DNA from: Candidatus Poseidoniaceae archaeon
GTDB lineage: Archaea; Thermoplasmatota; Poseidoniia; Poseidoniales; Poseidoniaceae
Length of the DNA: 64,000 nt
Assembly: GCA_028821785.1 (NCBI GenBank)
Contig: JAPKFC010000001.1
Location: 7,518 to 71,517 of the forward strand
Reading direction: 5' to 3'
Under the pieces are notes generated by a model. The model was given only the letters and a program-made list of their open reading frames with translations. It was not told the origin of the DNA and made no database searches. Positions 19,086 to 28,201 of this stretch are shown here, piece after piece; the first letter of the stretch is position 1, and every line of letters starts with the position of its first letter. The position numbers and the translations under genes are program-made.

Positions 19086-21986
19086 ATGTCTACAACTACT
19101 TGGCATGACCTTGAAACTACTGATATTTTGCTTGAATTAGATACTAATTTGGATGGTTTATTACCTTCTGGAGTTAGCGAAAGGCAAGAGAAATATGGTT
19201 TTAATAAATTACAAGAACCTGTTAAAACATCTGCTATAATGAGGTTTTTATCGCAGTATCACGATCCACTCAACTATTTGTTAATGGCAGCAGCTTTGGT
19301 TGCACTAGCATTACCGGGACATAATTCTGGAGATGCAATATTTATTTTTATTGTTCTAACTGCAAATGCAGTATTTGGATTTTGGCAAGAAGGTCAAGCT
19401 GAACAAGCAATGGATGCACTAAAACAAATGTCTGTTTCACAATGCGTTGTTATCCGTGAGGGGATTGATGTAGAAATTTCTACACAAGAATTGGTTCCTG
19501 GTGATATTGTAAAGTTGGAAGGAGGATTGAATGTACCAGCCGACATAAGGATAATAGAAGCATTCCAATGCAAAATTGACGAATCGGCTTTAACCGGGGA
19601 ATCACACACGGTTAGGAAAAATCCGAATGTCTGTGATAATGATACGATACTCGCAGAAAGAATAAACATGGCTTATATGGGCACTTGTGTCGCAACTGGG
19701 AGAGCGGTTGGTATTGTTGTTGAAACGGGTATGAACACCGAGTTAGGTAGAATTGCGAGTGATATTGTCGGTAGTAAATCTCCTCCAACTCCTTTAGAAA
19801 TGAAATTAGAATCATTAGGTAAGTTCCTTGGATTTGTTGCTCTAATAGTAGCATTTCTCTTAGTGTCACTAAAAATGCTAATCGCCTATGGTAATCCGAA
19901 AATTGACATTTGGGATGCCGCATTAGAACAATTCATGGTCGCTGTAGCAATTTTCGTTGCAATTGTTCCTGAAGGGTTACCAATTATTTTGGTAATCACT
20001 CTGGCTCTCGGAATGCGAAATATGGCCCAGCATAAAGCGATTATCCGTAGAATGAAAGCAGTGGAAACTCTCGGTTCAACTACTGTTATTTGTTCAGATA
20101 AAACTGGTACTCTAACTAAAAATCAAATGACTGCACGTCAAATAAACACTTCTTTTGGAGGATTCAATATATCTGGTGATGGGTTCAAACCTGAAGGTAC
20201 TTTGATGAGCGATGGCGTAAATGTCTCCAATGATCAAATGTCCGCATTACAAAATGACCTCGGTTTTAGATTAACTGCTGCATGTTTAGCATTATGTCAT
20301 AATTCTCAAATTTCAAAGGTTGATGGACAATGGCAAGCGATAGGAGATCCAACTGATTCTGCTTGCGCTGTTGCAGGATGGAAAATCAATGGCGATGTAA
20401 AGAAATTCGCACAACGCCATCCACGTATTCACGAATTCTTTTTTGATAATATTAGAAAGAGAATGACAGTCATTCATGAATATGAAGGAGAAAAATGGAT
20501 ATTTTCTAAGGGTGGAGCAGGTGGATTCAAGTCTTTGGTGGATTGGAAAATTGAGGATGGAGAGATTCAACCGATTGGGCGAAACGATTTTGCAAGGGCA
20601 GTCGAAGCCAATAATGACATGGCATCTAAAGCAATGCGTGTTTTAGCATTGTGTGCCAGAAAAATGGATAAGGGCGAGGCCATTGAGGACGTCACTAAAA
20701 TTGAGTCAGGATTCATTTTCTTAGGACTTGTAGGAATAATGGACCCACCGAGACCTGAAGTGAAAGATGCTATAGCAATTTGTCAAAGAGCTGGAATAAA
20801 AGTAAAGATGATTACAGGTGATCAACAAATTACTGCTGATGCAATCGGTCTAGAACTGAATATTACTGATGGGTTGGCCCCAGCAGTTAATGGTAATCAA
20901 TTATCGAATTTCACTGATGAAGAAATGTTAGATGTGTGCACTAATACAAGCATTTTCTCTCGCGTGACGCCAGATCAAAAGATGAGAATAGTTTCATCTT
21001 TACAAGAAAATGGTGAAATCGTTGCAATGACTGGCGATGGAGTAAATGATGCGCCAGCATTATCTAGAGCAAATATTGGTATATCGATGGGGATAGCAGG
21101 TACTGATGTTGCAAAAGACGCCTCTGACATGGTTTTACAGGATGATAACTTTGCAAATATTGTATCCGCTATAGAAGAAGGAAGAAAAATTTATCAAAAC
21201 ATACGCAACTTTGTAAGATATCAGATATCAACAAATGTTGCTGCTGTAGCATTAATTGTTGTCTCTACATTCATATTTGGCTGGAACTTACCTCTAACTG
21301 CCACTCAAATTTTAGTAATCAATATTCTAATGGATGGCCCTCCCGCGGTTGCACTTGGTGTTGAAAAGAAACATGGAAGTGTGATGAATAGGCCACCGCG
21401 TCCAGTTCAGGAAGGATTACCAAGTCTGTCTGATATTGTATTGATATTCTATCTTGGAATTATCATGGTAACAGGTACCCTCATAATTTTCTTCCTTGCT
21501 GGTGGAGGAGTTGAGGCCTGCGATGGACTACCATTTACCGAGGAGGATTTATCTCAGTACTTTGACCGCAATGCGTGCTTGATTGGAGATTCTGCCGCAA
21601 TAGAAGACTGGGAGAACTATTCAGACGATAGATTCGTTTATGCGCAAACAATGACATTCGCAGTTTTCGTGGTATTCCAATTATTCAATGTAATGAATTG
21701 CCGAAGTAGCGAGGATAGCGTTTTCAAATTAGGCCTATTCTCCAACAAAGCAATAAATTATGCAGTCGTGATATCGTTCTCATTACTATGGCTAATAATT
21801 CATAACTCGTCTGAAGTCATACCTATTCTCGATGTCAAGGTTGGTTCATTATTATCTACAATTGAACTACAAAGGAAAGATTGGCTGATAATAATGGCAG
21901 TTGCATCCGGAGTATTTATCGCTGAAGAATTTAGAAAATTCATTGTATATTCACGAGTCTTTGCAATCGGCAAGAAAAGAGCATAA
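19086..21986 (+). CDS. P-type cation-transporting ATPase (P2, Ca2+-ATPase-like)
   Basis: Phosphorylation motif CSDKTGTLT, plus MITGDQ and the hinge TGDGVNDAPAL. The N-terminal cation_ATPase_N-like segment reads WHDLETTDILLEL. The ATG at 19086 is preceded by AAGGTGA; the ORF track starts at 19059. Confidence 0.88.
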   Translation: MSTTTWHDLETTDILLELDTNLDGLLPSGVSERQEKYGFNKLQEPVKTSAIMRFLSQYHDPLNYLLMAAALVALALPGHNSGDAIFIFIVLTANAVFGFWQEGQAEQAMDALKQMSVSQCVVIREGIDVEISTQELVPGDIVKLEGGLNVPADIRIIEAFQCKIDESALTGESHTVRKNPNVCDNDTILAERINMAYMGTCVATGRAVGIVVETGMNTELGRIASDIVGSKSPPTPLEMKLESLGKFLGFVALIVAFLLVSLKMLIAYGNPKIDIWDAALEQFMVAVAIFVAIVPEGLPIILVITLALGMRNMAQHKAIIRRMKAVETLGSTTVICSDKTGTLTKNQMTARQINTSFGGFNISGDGFKPEGTLMSDGVNVSNDQMSALQNDLGFRLTAACLALCHNSQISKVDGQWQAIGDPTDSACAVAGWKINGDVKKFAQRHPRIHEFFFDNIRKRMTVIHEYEGEKWIFSKGGAGGFKSLVDWKIEDGEIQPIGRNDFARAVEANNDMASKAMRVLALCARKMDKGEAIEDVTKIESGFIFLGLVGIMDPPRPEVKDAIAICQRAGIKVKMITGDQQITADAIGLELNITDGLAPAVNGNQLSNFTDEEMLDVCTNTSIFSRVTPDQKMRIVSSLQENGEIVAMTGDGVNDAPALSRANIGISMGIAGTDVAKDASDMVLQDDNFANIVSAIEEGRKIYQNIRNFVRYQISTNVAAVALIVVSTFIFGWNLPLTATQILVINILMDGPPAVALGVEKKHGSVMNRPPRPVQEGLPSLSDIVLIFYLGIIMVTGTLIIFFLAGGGVEACDGLPFTEEDLSQYFDRNACLIGDSAAIEDWENYSDDRFVYAQTMTFAVFVVFQLFNVMNCRSSEDSVFKLGLFSNKAINYAVVISFSLLWLIIHNSSEVIPILDVKVGSLLSTIELQRKDWLIIMAVASGVFIAEEFRKFIVYSRVFAIGKKRA

Positions 21987-22002
21987 TTCAAGGTGTAGTC
22001 AT

Positions 22003-23211
22003 ATGGAACAATGGTCATCAACTCAGTTACTTGCTGGTTGCCTAAAGGACTGGCAACAGAGGCTAACCGAATCGCTAGAATCTGAGCAGTGGAGTGAAAC
22101 AATCACTCCGATAGCTGAGAAGGTTGCTTTAGGGGAGAGATTGAGCATTGAAGATGGATTGATCTTATTTCAGCATCCGAATCTTAACGAAGTCGGAAGG
22201 TTAGCCGATTTTGTCCGCAAATCACGCTTTGAAAATTTTGCATTCTTTAATTCCAATGTACACATAAATCAAACTAATGTTTGTGTTTTAGCATGCCGCT
22301 TTTGTGCCTTTAGAAGAAGTAAGAAATCTGCTGACGCCTATTCACTTGATATTGAAGCATATGTCGAAGATTTATCGAAGTACGCAGATTATGTGGATGA
22401 AGTTCATTCTGTCGGAGGATTACATCCTGACTGGGATGTTTTCCACTATCGAGACTTATTCAAAACGGTAAGCAAGAAATTCCCGCATATCACAATTAAA
22501 GCATTGACAGCGGTTGAAATAAAACATCTCTCACAGTTGTCTAGTATGTCTTACAAAGAGGTATTGACGATACTAAAGGATGCAGGACTTGGCAGTTTAC
22601 CTGGTGGTGGTGCTGAAATATTGGATGATGGCGTCAGGACAATTATCTGTAATGGAAAAGAGAGTTCTGAAGAGTACTTGGATATCCATAGAACCGCTCA
22701 TGAAATTGGTTTGCCTTCAAATTGCACCATGCTATTTGGAACTGTTGAAACGTTGAGACATCGTCTAATCCACATGGATAAATTACGCAGATTGGCTGAC
22801 GAAACCGGAGGGTTCCAGTGTTTTGTGCCATATCCGTTCTTGCCTGATTCATCCAGGCTGCCTGAAGCTCAATGTGCTACAGGAACTGAAGTATTACGAA
22901 CCATTGCAGTTTCAAGGTTAATGCTTGACTCTATACCACATATCAAGGCATACCGAATGAATATTGGTGATGGGCTGGCAGAATTAGCATTACAATTCGG
23001 TGCTGATGATATTGATGGAACGGTACAAAAGGAATCTATTATGCATTTAGCAGGCTCTACTGCGCCTTTAGATCATGATTTGGGTAAATTGTCCAAATTG
23101 ATTGAAAATGCTGGATGCATTCCTGTAAGGAGAAATACAACATACGAAAAGTTTGAGAAATTCATTGCCCCAACTCCAAAGCCAATACGCGGTTTGAAAA
23201 TGGCCCAATAA
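22003..23211 (+). CDS. mqnE: radical-SAM futalosine-pathway enzyme, aminofutalosine synthase MqnE-like (MqnC not excluded)
   Basis: Radical-SAM cluster CVLACRFCAF within a CofH/MqnE/MqnC-like TIM barrel of ~400 aa, directly upstream of mqnA. The start at 22003 avoids overlap with the ATPase gene and follows AAGGTG. I cannot separate MqnE from MqnC by eye. Confidence 0.65.
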   Translation: MEQWSSTQLLAGCLKDWQQRLTESLESEQWSETITPIAEKVALGERLSIEDGLILFQHPNLNEVGRLADFVRKSRFENFAFFNSNVHINQTNVCVLACRFCAFRRSKKSADAYSLDIEAYVEDLSKYADYVDEVHSVGGLHPDWDVFHYRDLFKTVSKKFPHITIKALTAVEIKHLSQLSSMSYKEVLTILKDAGLGSLPGGGAEILDDGVRTIICNGKESSEEYLDIHRTAHEIGLPSNCTMLFGTVETLRHRLIHMDKLRRLADETGGFQCFVPYPFLPDSSRLPEAQCATGTEVLRTIAVSRLMLDSIPHIKAYRMNIGDGLAELALQFGADDIDGTVQKESIMHLAGSTAPLDHDLGKLSKLIENAGCIPVRRNTTYEKFEKFIAPTPKPIRGLKMAQ

Positions 23212-23262
23212 CTCAAACCAATCATGAGTTACACCTTTCAGTAGTCGTCCCTCCCTCGCAAC

Positions 23263-24060
23263 ATGGCGACCCATGGTTGGACGAGAACAATCGGTCGCGT
23301 TTCCTTTCTCAATTGTGACCCGTTATTCTATGGCCTGGATGAAACATGGAACGTTTTACCAGCACCTCCTTCATGGTTAACTGGCCATTTGCTTCGCAGA
23401 GATTGTGTACTAGCGCCAATTCCTGCAGCCGATTATGCAAAGCATGCAGACGAATTAATATTAATTCCAGATATTGGAATTTGTTCTAAGGGTGAGGTCG
23501 GTAGTGTACTATTATTTTCAAACAAGAAATTAGAAGAAATGGAATCGATTGCTTTACCTTCTGATTCAGCAACATCGGTAGCACTTTTGAAGCATCTTTT
23601 GAAAATCAAGGGATTGAATCCAACTTTGACCCAGATGGGTCCGGATTTCGATTTGATGCTAGATAATTGTGATGGGGCACTACTGATTGGGGATAGGGCT
23701 CTTGAGAGTGCAAAGCAATATCCCTCAATGGTACAATTGGACTTAGGTCAAGCATGGCTAGAAAAGTCAGGGAAACCGATGGTCTTCGGGGTCTTCGCAG
23801 CTAGAATCGACACTCCTAAAGAAATGATAATCGCAGCACATAACGCTCTTGAATCAAAGTTGGCTCTTTTCGAAACCAGTTCTGAACAAAGAAGTGCTGT
23901 AATCAATTGGTCGATCAGCCGTTCCGAATTATCTTATGAGAGATTAGACAGATATTTCGGAGAGGTATTCAATAGACTTGATGATGACCATCTAGCCGGA
24001 TTGAACCAATTTTTAATAGAAGCATGTGAATTGACTACCGGTGCTCAATTCTGCTGGTGA
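23263..24060 (+). CDS. mqnA: chorismate dehydratase MqnA (futalosine pathway)
   Basis: N-terminus reads IGRVSFLNCDPLFYGL, with a periplasmic-binding-protein-like fold length of ~265 aa. The genomic context includes mqnE and mqnD. Confidence 0.72.
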   Translation: MATHGWTRTIGRVSFLNCDPLFYGLDETWNVLPAPPSWLTGHLLRRDCVLAPIPAADYAKHADELILIPDIGICSKGEVGSVLLFSNKKLEEMESIALPSDSATSVALLKHLLKIKGLNPTLTQMGPDFDLMLDNCDGALLIGDRALESAKQYPSMVQLDLGQAWLEKSGKPMVFGVFAARIDTPKEMIIAAHNALESKLALFETSSEQRSAVINWSISRSELSYERLDRYFGEVFNRLDDDHLAGLNQFLIEACELTTGAQFCW

Positions 24061-26346
24061 TCAATCATCCTTAGTCAAACGGTCAAGAGCGTCATCCATT
24101 ACTTGATTATCGGTTTGCCCAGTAACAACTCTGCGAGTTTTGACGACTGCTTTCTTAGTTGCTACTTTCTTAGCAGTAACTGGGGCAGCATGTTCACCTA
24201 CAGATCTCAATGTAGTCCGTTTCCCCGTCACAACGGCGCCGTCACGGCTTCGTTTAACACTTCCAGCCCTTCTCCGTACAACTACAGGAGTAACATCATC
24301 TTCATCGTCGTAGAAGCCACCGATAGTGGATTCGGGTTCAATCTGCTGAACAGCCTCACTAGGTTGTGATTTTTTGCGGCCAATTTTTCTATTTATCTGG
24401 CGCTTTCTCATCACTTCATCATGGGTCAATGATTCCTCTTCATCCAATTCATTTACAAACACATCCTCTTTAGTTTTTTTAGGGATGTCTTCAAAGTCAT
24501 CAAATGCAAATTCTAAATCAACATTACTAGCATTTCTAGTTCTAATATAGGTTAATGCTGATACGGTTAGCATCAAGATGACAAATACTGCAATCCATGG
24601 ATATTCGATGGTGATTTTGACAAAAGTTTCTAACATTGTTGGGCTGGGTGGAATATCTTCTTCTAATTGTAAATTAATTTTATTTTCTTCAACCCACCAT
24701 GGACTCCAAGAAGCGGGTAGTCCTTGTTCTCCGTCTAACATAACATGAATTGGGTGTGCTTCAGCTAAATTGGCTATTGAACCATCAGTTGCCTCTGGTT
24801 GATACATAAGTGATAATTGAAGCGGATAGCGCGCATCTGGGAACAGTGTAAATGAAACCTTCAATACGATCTTTATTCTTGTTCTTTCATCGTCTATCTC
24901 AGTTAATGTCATTCCACTTCTAGTATTGCAACTAACAATCCCATTTTCCACTTGCCCGACAGATAATTCAATCGCAGCCTTCCATGAGTCAATAAAATCA
25001 GCAGTATCCATATTATCACAAACAGAGTTGGAGAACCTTACTGCTTCAGAGTGGCTTAATTGTTGGTCTGCGATAACAGATTTACGAGACATGTTTCTGA
25101 TGATAGATGATTGTTGAGAACTTAATGTTATTACATCCTCAATTTCTAATGTAGTTTGGTTAATCCAAATATTTAGATTTCTAATGTCATCTTGATTTGG
25201 CACGTTTGAACACTCCTCAGCACTTGAATCACAATTGATGTCCCACTCATCAGAAATAGAATCTCCATCGTCATCATTATCTAAATGATCAGGAATGCCG
25301 TCTCCATCTAAATCTGCACCATTTTCACCGTATCCAATTGGTAATTCGGGCGAGCCGTATATGGCAATATTTTGAGTATCCGAGGTAACAAATATTTTCT
25401 CGGGCAAAAAGTTTGAATTTTCAATAACTGCAAAATCAGATGCGCGATGGAATAGTATTGTTTCTTCTTTTATTGTAAATGTAGAGGTCTCGATGGTAAT
25501 AATCTTTGATTGGGTACTAGATTCTATAATATGAATGTAAGACCCATCGCCAGACCACAACATTTCACTTCCAGAAATAAAGTCGCTTTGATGAATTCCA
25601 CCTCCATTTGGATCTACCGTTTTTAACCTTCCATTTTCACCCAGTAGGCCAATTCTCAAGTCCCCGCTATCAAAGTCACAACCTACAACTTCGCTATTCA
25701 ACTCCCACTGCTTTCCTGTCGGGTTGCCTTGTCTATCCCATGTCAATACTCTGCCTGATTCATCACCGGTTAGCACAGTGTTTCCATCAGTTGAAAAGGC
25801 AATACAAGATACATCAGTATTATGTCCACTGGACAAACTGCCCTCAATACTTAGATCAGACTTTCTTAATAAATCTACACCGTTATCCGAATTAGGTACT
25901 GCCAGAATAGTGCTATCAGGACTCCAAGAAATAGATTTTGTTTCAGAGTTAGAATTACTATTGACATCTGTTATCAATTGGAGGCTTTCAATATCAATCA
26001 ATTGAATATTATCAGTGCGGACTTCAGAACCGATTAACGATAGCGCCAATGTCGCTCCATCGGGAGAAAATTTCAAATCCACAATTTGCCTAATCAATTC
26101 AAAACTTGCTAGTAATGAATTGTCTTCGATACTATGGATTGTTAGTACCCCATTATACCCAGTGGCTAACAATGTGTTGTCATAGTTAATGTCCACTGCT
26201 TGGCTATTTGATACTTCTAACGGGTTTGAGAGTCCACCGGTATAGGATAACCCAGATGATGTAGCAGTAGTTGCTGGAACAAGAATAATTAACAATAACA
26301 TCGCTATAGATGAGAATTGGAAATCAATTATTCGACTTCTTAGCAT
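24061..26346 (-). CDS. type-I membrane surface protein: WD40-like beta-propeller + TSP3-like Ca-binding Asp repeats + TM + basic tail
   Basis: Signal-like segment FQFSSIAMLLLIILVPATTATSS. Repeated propeller blades include LLATGYNGVLTIHS, SPDGATLALS, SPDSTILAVPNSDNGVDLL and STDGNTVLTGDESGRVLTWD. An Asp-rich loop cluster reads DLDGDGIPDHLDNDDDGDSISDEWD. A TM helix (WIAVFVILMLTVSALTYI) precedes a Lys/Arg-rich C-terminus. Start chosen at the ATG at 26346; the ORF track starts at 26496. Confidence 0.6.
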   Translation of the reverse strand: MLRSRIIDFQFSSIAMLLLIILVPATTATSSGLSYTGGLSNPLEVSNSQAVDINYDNTLLATGYNGVLTIHSIEDNSLLASFELIRQIVDLKFSPDGATLALSLIGSEVRTDNIQLIDIESLQLITDVNSNSNSETKSISWSPDSTILAVPNSDNGVDLLRKSDLSIEGSLSSGHNTDVSCIAFSTDGNTVLTGDESGRVLTWDRQGNPTGKQWELNSEVVGCDFDSGDLRIGLLGENGRLKTVDPNGGGIHQSDFISGSEMLWSGDGSYIHIIESSTQSKIITIETSTFTIKEETILFHRASDFAVIENSNFLPEKIFVTSDTQNIAIYGSPELPIGYGENGADLDGDGIPDHLDNDDDGDSISDEWDINCDSSAEECSNVPNQDDIRNLNIWINQTTLEIEDVITLSSQQSSIIRNMSRKSVIADQQLSHSEAVRFSNSVCDNMDTADFIDSWKAAIELSVGQVENGIVSCNTRSGMTLTEIDDERTRIKIVLKVSFTLFPDARYPLQLSLMYQPEATDGSIANLAEAHPIHVMLDGEQGLPASWSPWWVEENKINLQLEEDIPPSPTMLETFVKITIEYPWIAVFVILMLTVSALTYIRTRNASNVDLEFAFDDFEDIPKKTKEDVFVNELDEEESLTHDEVMRKRQINRKIGRKKSQPSEAVQQIEPESTIGGFYDDEDDVTPVVVRRRAGSVKRSRDGAVVTGKRTTLRSVGEHAAPVTAKKVATKKAVVKTRRVVTGQTDNQVMDDALDRLTKDD

Positions 26347-26463
26347 ATGCGCCCTCAATTTGCTGAAAGCATATGGCTTGAAAACATCTCGGTGAAAAAT
26401 CCCCCGAATCATCATTATTTGCGATTTGGCAACATTAACCATATAGATTGATGCGGTTGATTG

Positions 26464-27375
26464 ATGAAGGGTTTCTTGGTCGGACGCATTATGCACACTG
26501 AGTTGCCACTAGACGCTGAAGGTAATAAGGTGGTCCGTATTGGACATTCACCCGATCCAGATGATGCTTTTATGTTCCACGCAATGACAACTGGAGCCTT
26601 TCCTACACCGGGCTATAAGTTCGTACATGAGCTACAAGATATTGAAACTCTCAATCACAGAGCCATCAATCAAGAACTTGAAGTTTCTGCAGTTTCCATT
26701 CACGCTTACCCTGAAATTTCACAACACTATGCTTTGATGAACTGTGGTGCTTCGATGGGAGAGGGATATGGTCCGATGGTCGTTTCGATGCAAGGGGTAT
26801 CAGAAGATGATGTGCGCTCCAACATAATCGCAGTACCTGGTATGAAAACTAGTGCTTATCTTGGTTTGAGGTTGGCGTGGGGGGATTGCCAAGTTGAAGT
26901 GGTTCCCTTTGATGAAATAATTCCTAGAATCCTAGATGGCACATTTTTGTCTGGATTAATTATCCACGAGGGCCAATTAACTTATGTTGAGCATGACTTG
27001 AATGTCTTGTTGGATTTAGGTGTTTGGTGGAATGAGCGCACAGATGGTTGGCCGATGCCTCTTGGCGGTAATGTCGTTAGAAGAGATTTGGGCCAACAAG
27101 TTATGGAGGATATCACCCTGTACACAAAAATGAGTATTGAACATGCTATTGCGCATCCTGCTGATGCCCTTGAATTTGCCAAAGCATGGGGTAGAGGAAT
27201 TGATGATGAAACAAATAAGGAATTTGTTTCCATGTATGTAAACGACAGAACGATTGATTATGAGGACGAAGGGCGTTCTGCTGTACGTCAATTCATCAAG
27301 GAAGGGCAAGAACTTGGACTCATAGATTCGACTTTCGACACCAGTAGCATGAAATTTATTGGTTCTCCTGAATGA
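26464..27375 (+). CDS. mqnD: 1,4-dihydroxy-6-naphthoate synthase MqnD (futalosine pathway)
   Basis: The GHSPDPDDAFMFHAM motif and the ~290-300 aa PBP-like fold are typical of MqnD. Possible starts are the ATGs at 26464 and 26491. Confidence 0.72.
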   Translation: MKGFLVGRIMHTELPLDAEGNKVVRIGHSPDPDDAFMFHAMTTGAFPTPGYKFVHELQDIETLNHRAINQELEVSAVSIHAYPEISQHYALMNCGASMGEGYGPMVVSMQGVSEDDVRSNIIAVPGMKTSAYLGLRLAWGDCQVEVVPFDEIIPRILDGTFLSGLIIHEGQLTYVEHDLNVLLDLGVWWNERTDGWPMPLGGNVVRRDLGQQVMEDITLYTKMSIEHAIAHPADALEFAKAWGRGIDDETNKEFVSMYVNDRTIDYEDEGRSAVRQFIKEGQELGLIDSTFDTSSMKFIGSPE

Positions 27376-27387
27376 AAAGGTGATTAA

Positions 27388-27618
27388 ATGGATATTGTAG
27401 ATAGGGCGCCGGGTGTTAGCCAATATGGCTCAGTCGATCCAGCACCTCCGTCTAAAGAAAATGATGTTGAAAAACTAAAACTTCACCTTTTGGATGAAAA
27501 CAATCAGATGTTCCTGCGAATGAGGGCTGTTTTTTCTTTGAGAAATAATGGTACAGATGAGGCTTGTTTAGCATTATGCTCCAGCTTTTGTCACAAAGAG
27601 TGCTCTTTTACGGCATGA
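27388..27618 (+). CDS. deoxyhypusine-hydroxylase-like HEAT-repeat protein, N-terminal fragment (frame broken)
   Basis: Reads GSVDPAPPSKENDVEKLKLHLLDENNQMFLRMRAVFSLRNNGTDEACLALCSSF, then runs into out-of-frame sequence and a TGA. The homologous reading continues in the +1 frame from the T4 run at 27586-27589. Confidence 0.6.
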   Translation: MDIVDRAPGVSQYGSVDPAPPSKENDVEKLKLHLLDENNQMFLRMRAVFSLRNNGTDEACLALCSSFCHKECSFTA

Positions 27619-27640
27619 ATTAGCCTATGTTCTTGGACAG

Positions 27641-27877
27641 ATGCAAAATGTCGTTGCTATTCCTACTTTGATTGAGCGGTTGAGTGATCTGGAAGAACAT
27701 ATCATGGTTAGGCATGAGGCTGCTGAGGCAATGGGTGCCATCGGAGACGATTCGGCCAAACCGATTCTAGAGAAATTTCTCAATGATGAAAACATAGAAG
27801 TTGCAGAATCGTGTGAAGTTGCATTAGATTTACTAAATTGGTGTCGGACAGCAGAATGGGAAGATGCTTCTTGGTGA
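27641..27877 (+). CDS. deoxyhypusine-hydroxylase-like HEAT-repeat protein, C-terminal fragment
   Basis: This frame is open from 27572 and reads (A)FVTKSALLRHELAYVLGQMQNVVAIPTLIERLSDLEEHIMVRHEAAEAMGAIGDD...IEVAESCEVALDLLNW. It carries two His-Glu dyads in DOHH-type contexts. Confidence 0.6.
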   Translation: MQNVVAIPTLIERLSDLEEHIMVRHEAAEAMGAIGDDSAKPILEKFLNDENIEVAESCEVALDLLNWCRTAEWEDASW

Positions 27878-27936
27878 GATTTTAATGCTCAAGTTCAAAG
27901 ACTAGCCAGCACCCGCATAATTTAGAGGCAAACCCT

Positions 27937-28146
27937 ATGCCACACGAACACATACAATTGGCCCAAACTCCAAATGGTGAAATCGGTCCACGATGTCACA
28001 AATGTGGAGAACGTTTAACTTTTGGAAATGCTATGGTCGTAGACAAGTATTACATGTGCTGGGAACATTATGTGGAAGCAACCGGTGCAGATACAGCAAC
28101 TACTATCAATGAATCAGAAGGAAGATTTTGGATGCAGAAAGAATGA
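27937..28146 (+). CDS. small hypothetical protein with possible CxxC...CxxH metal site
   Basis: A 69-aa ORF containing CHKCGERL and CWEH, lying upstream of and co-directional with priS. The only support is the ORF and its motif spacing. Confidence 0.3.
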   Translation: MPHEHIQLAQTPNGEIGPRCHKCGERLTFGNAMVVDKYYMCWEHYVEATGADTATTINESEGRFWMQKE

Positions 28147-28201
28147 ACTTTCACTTAGTTCAAAAACTGTCACCTTCTGTCCTACTATGAGAGGATGAAA
28201 A

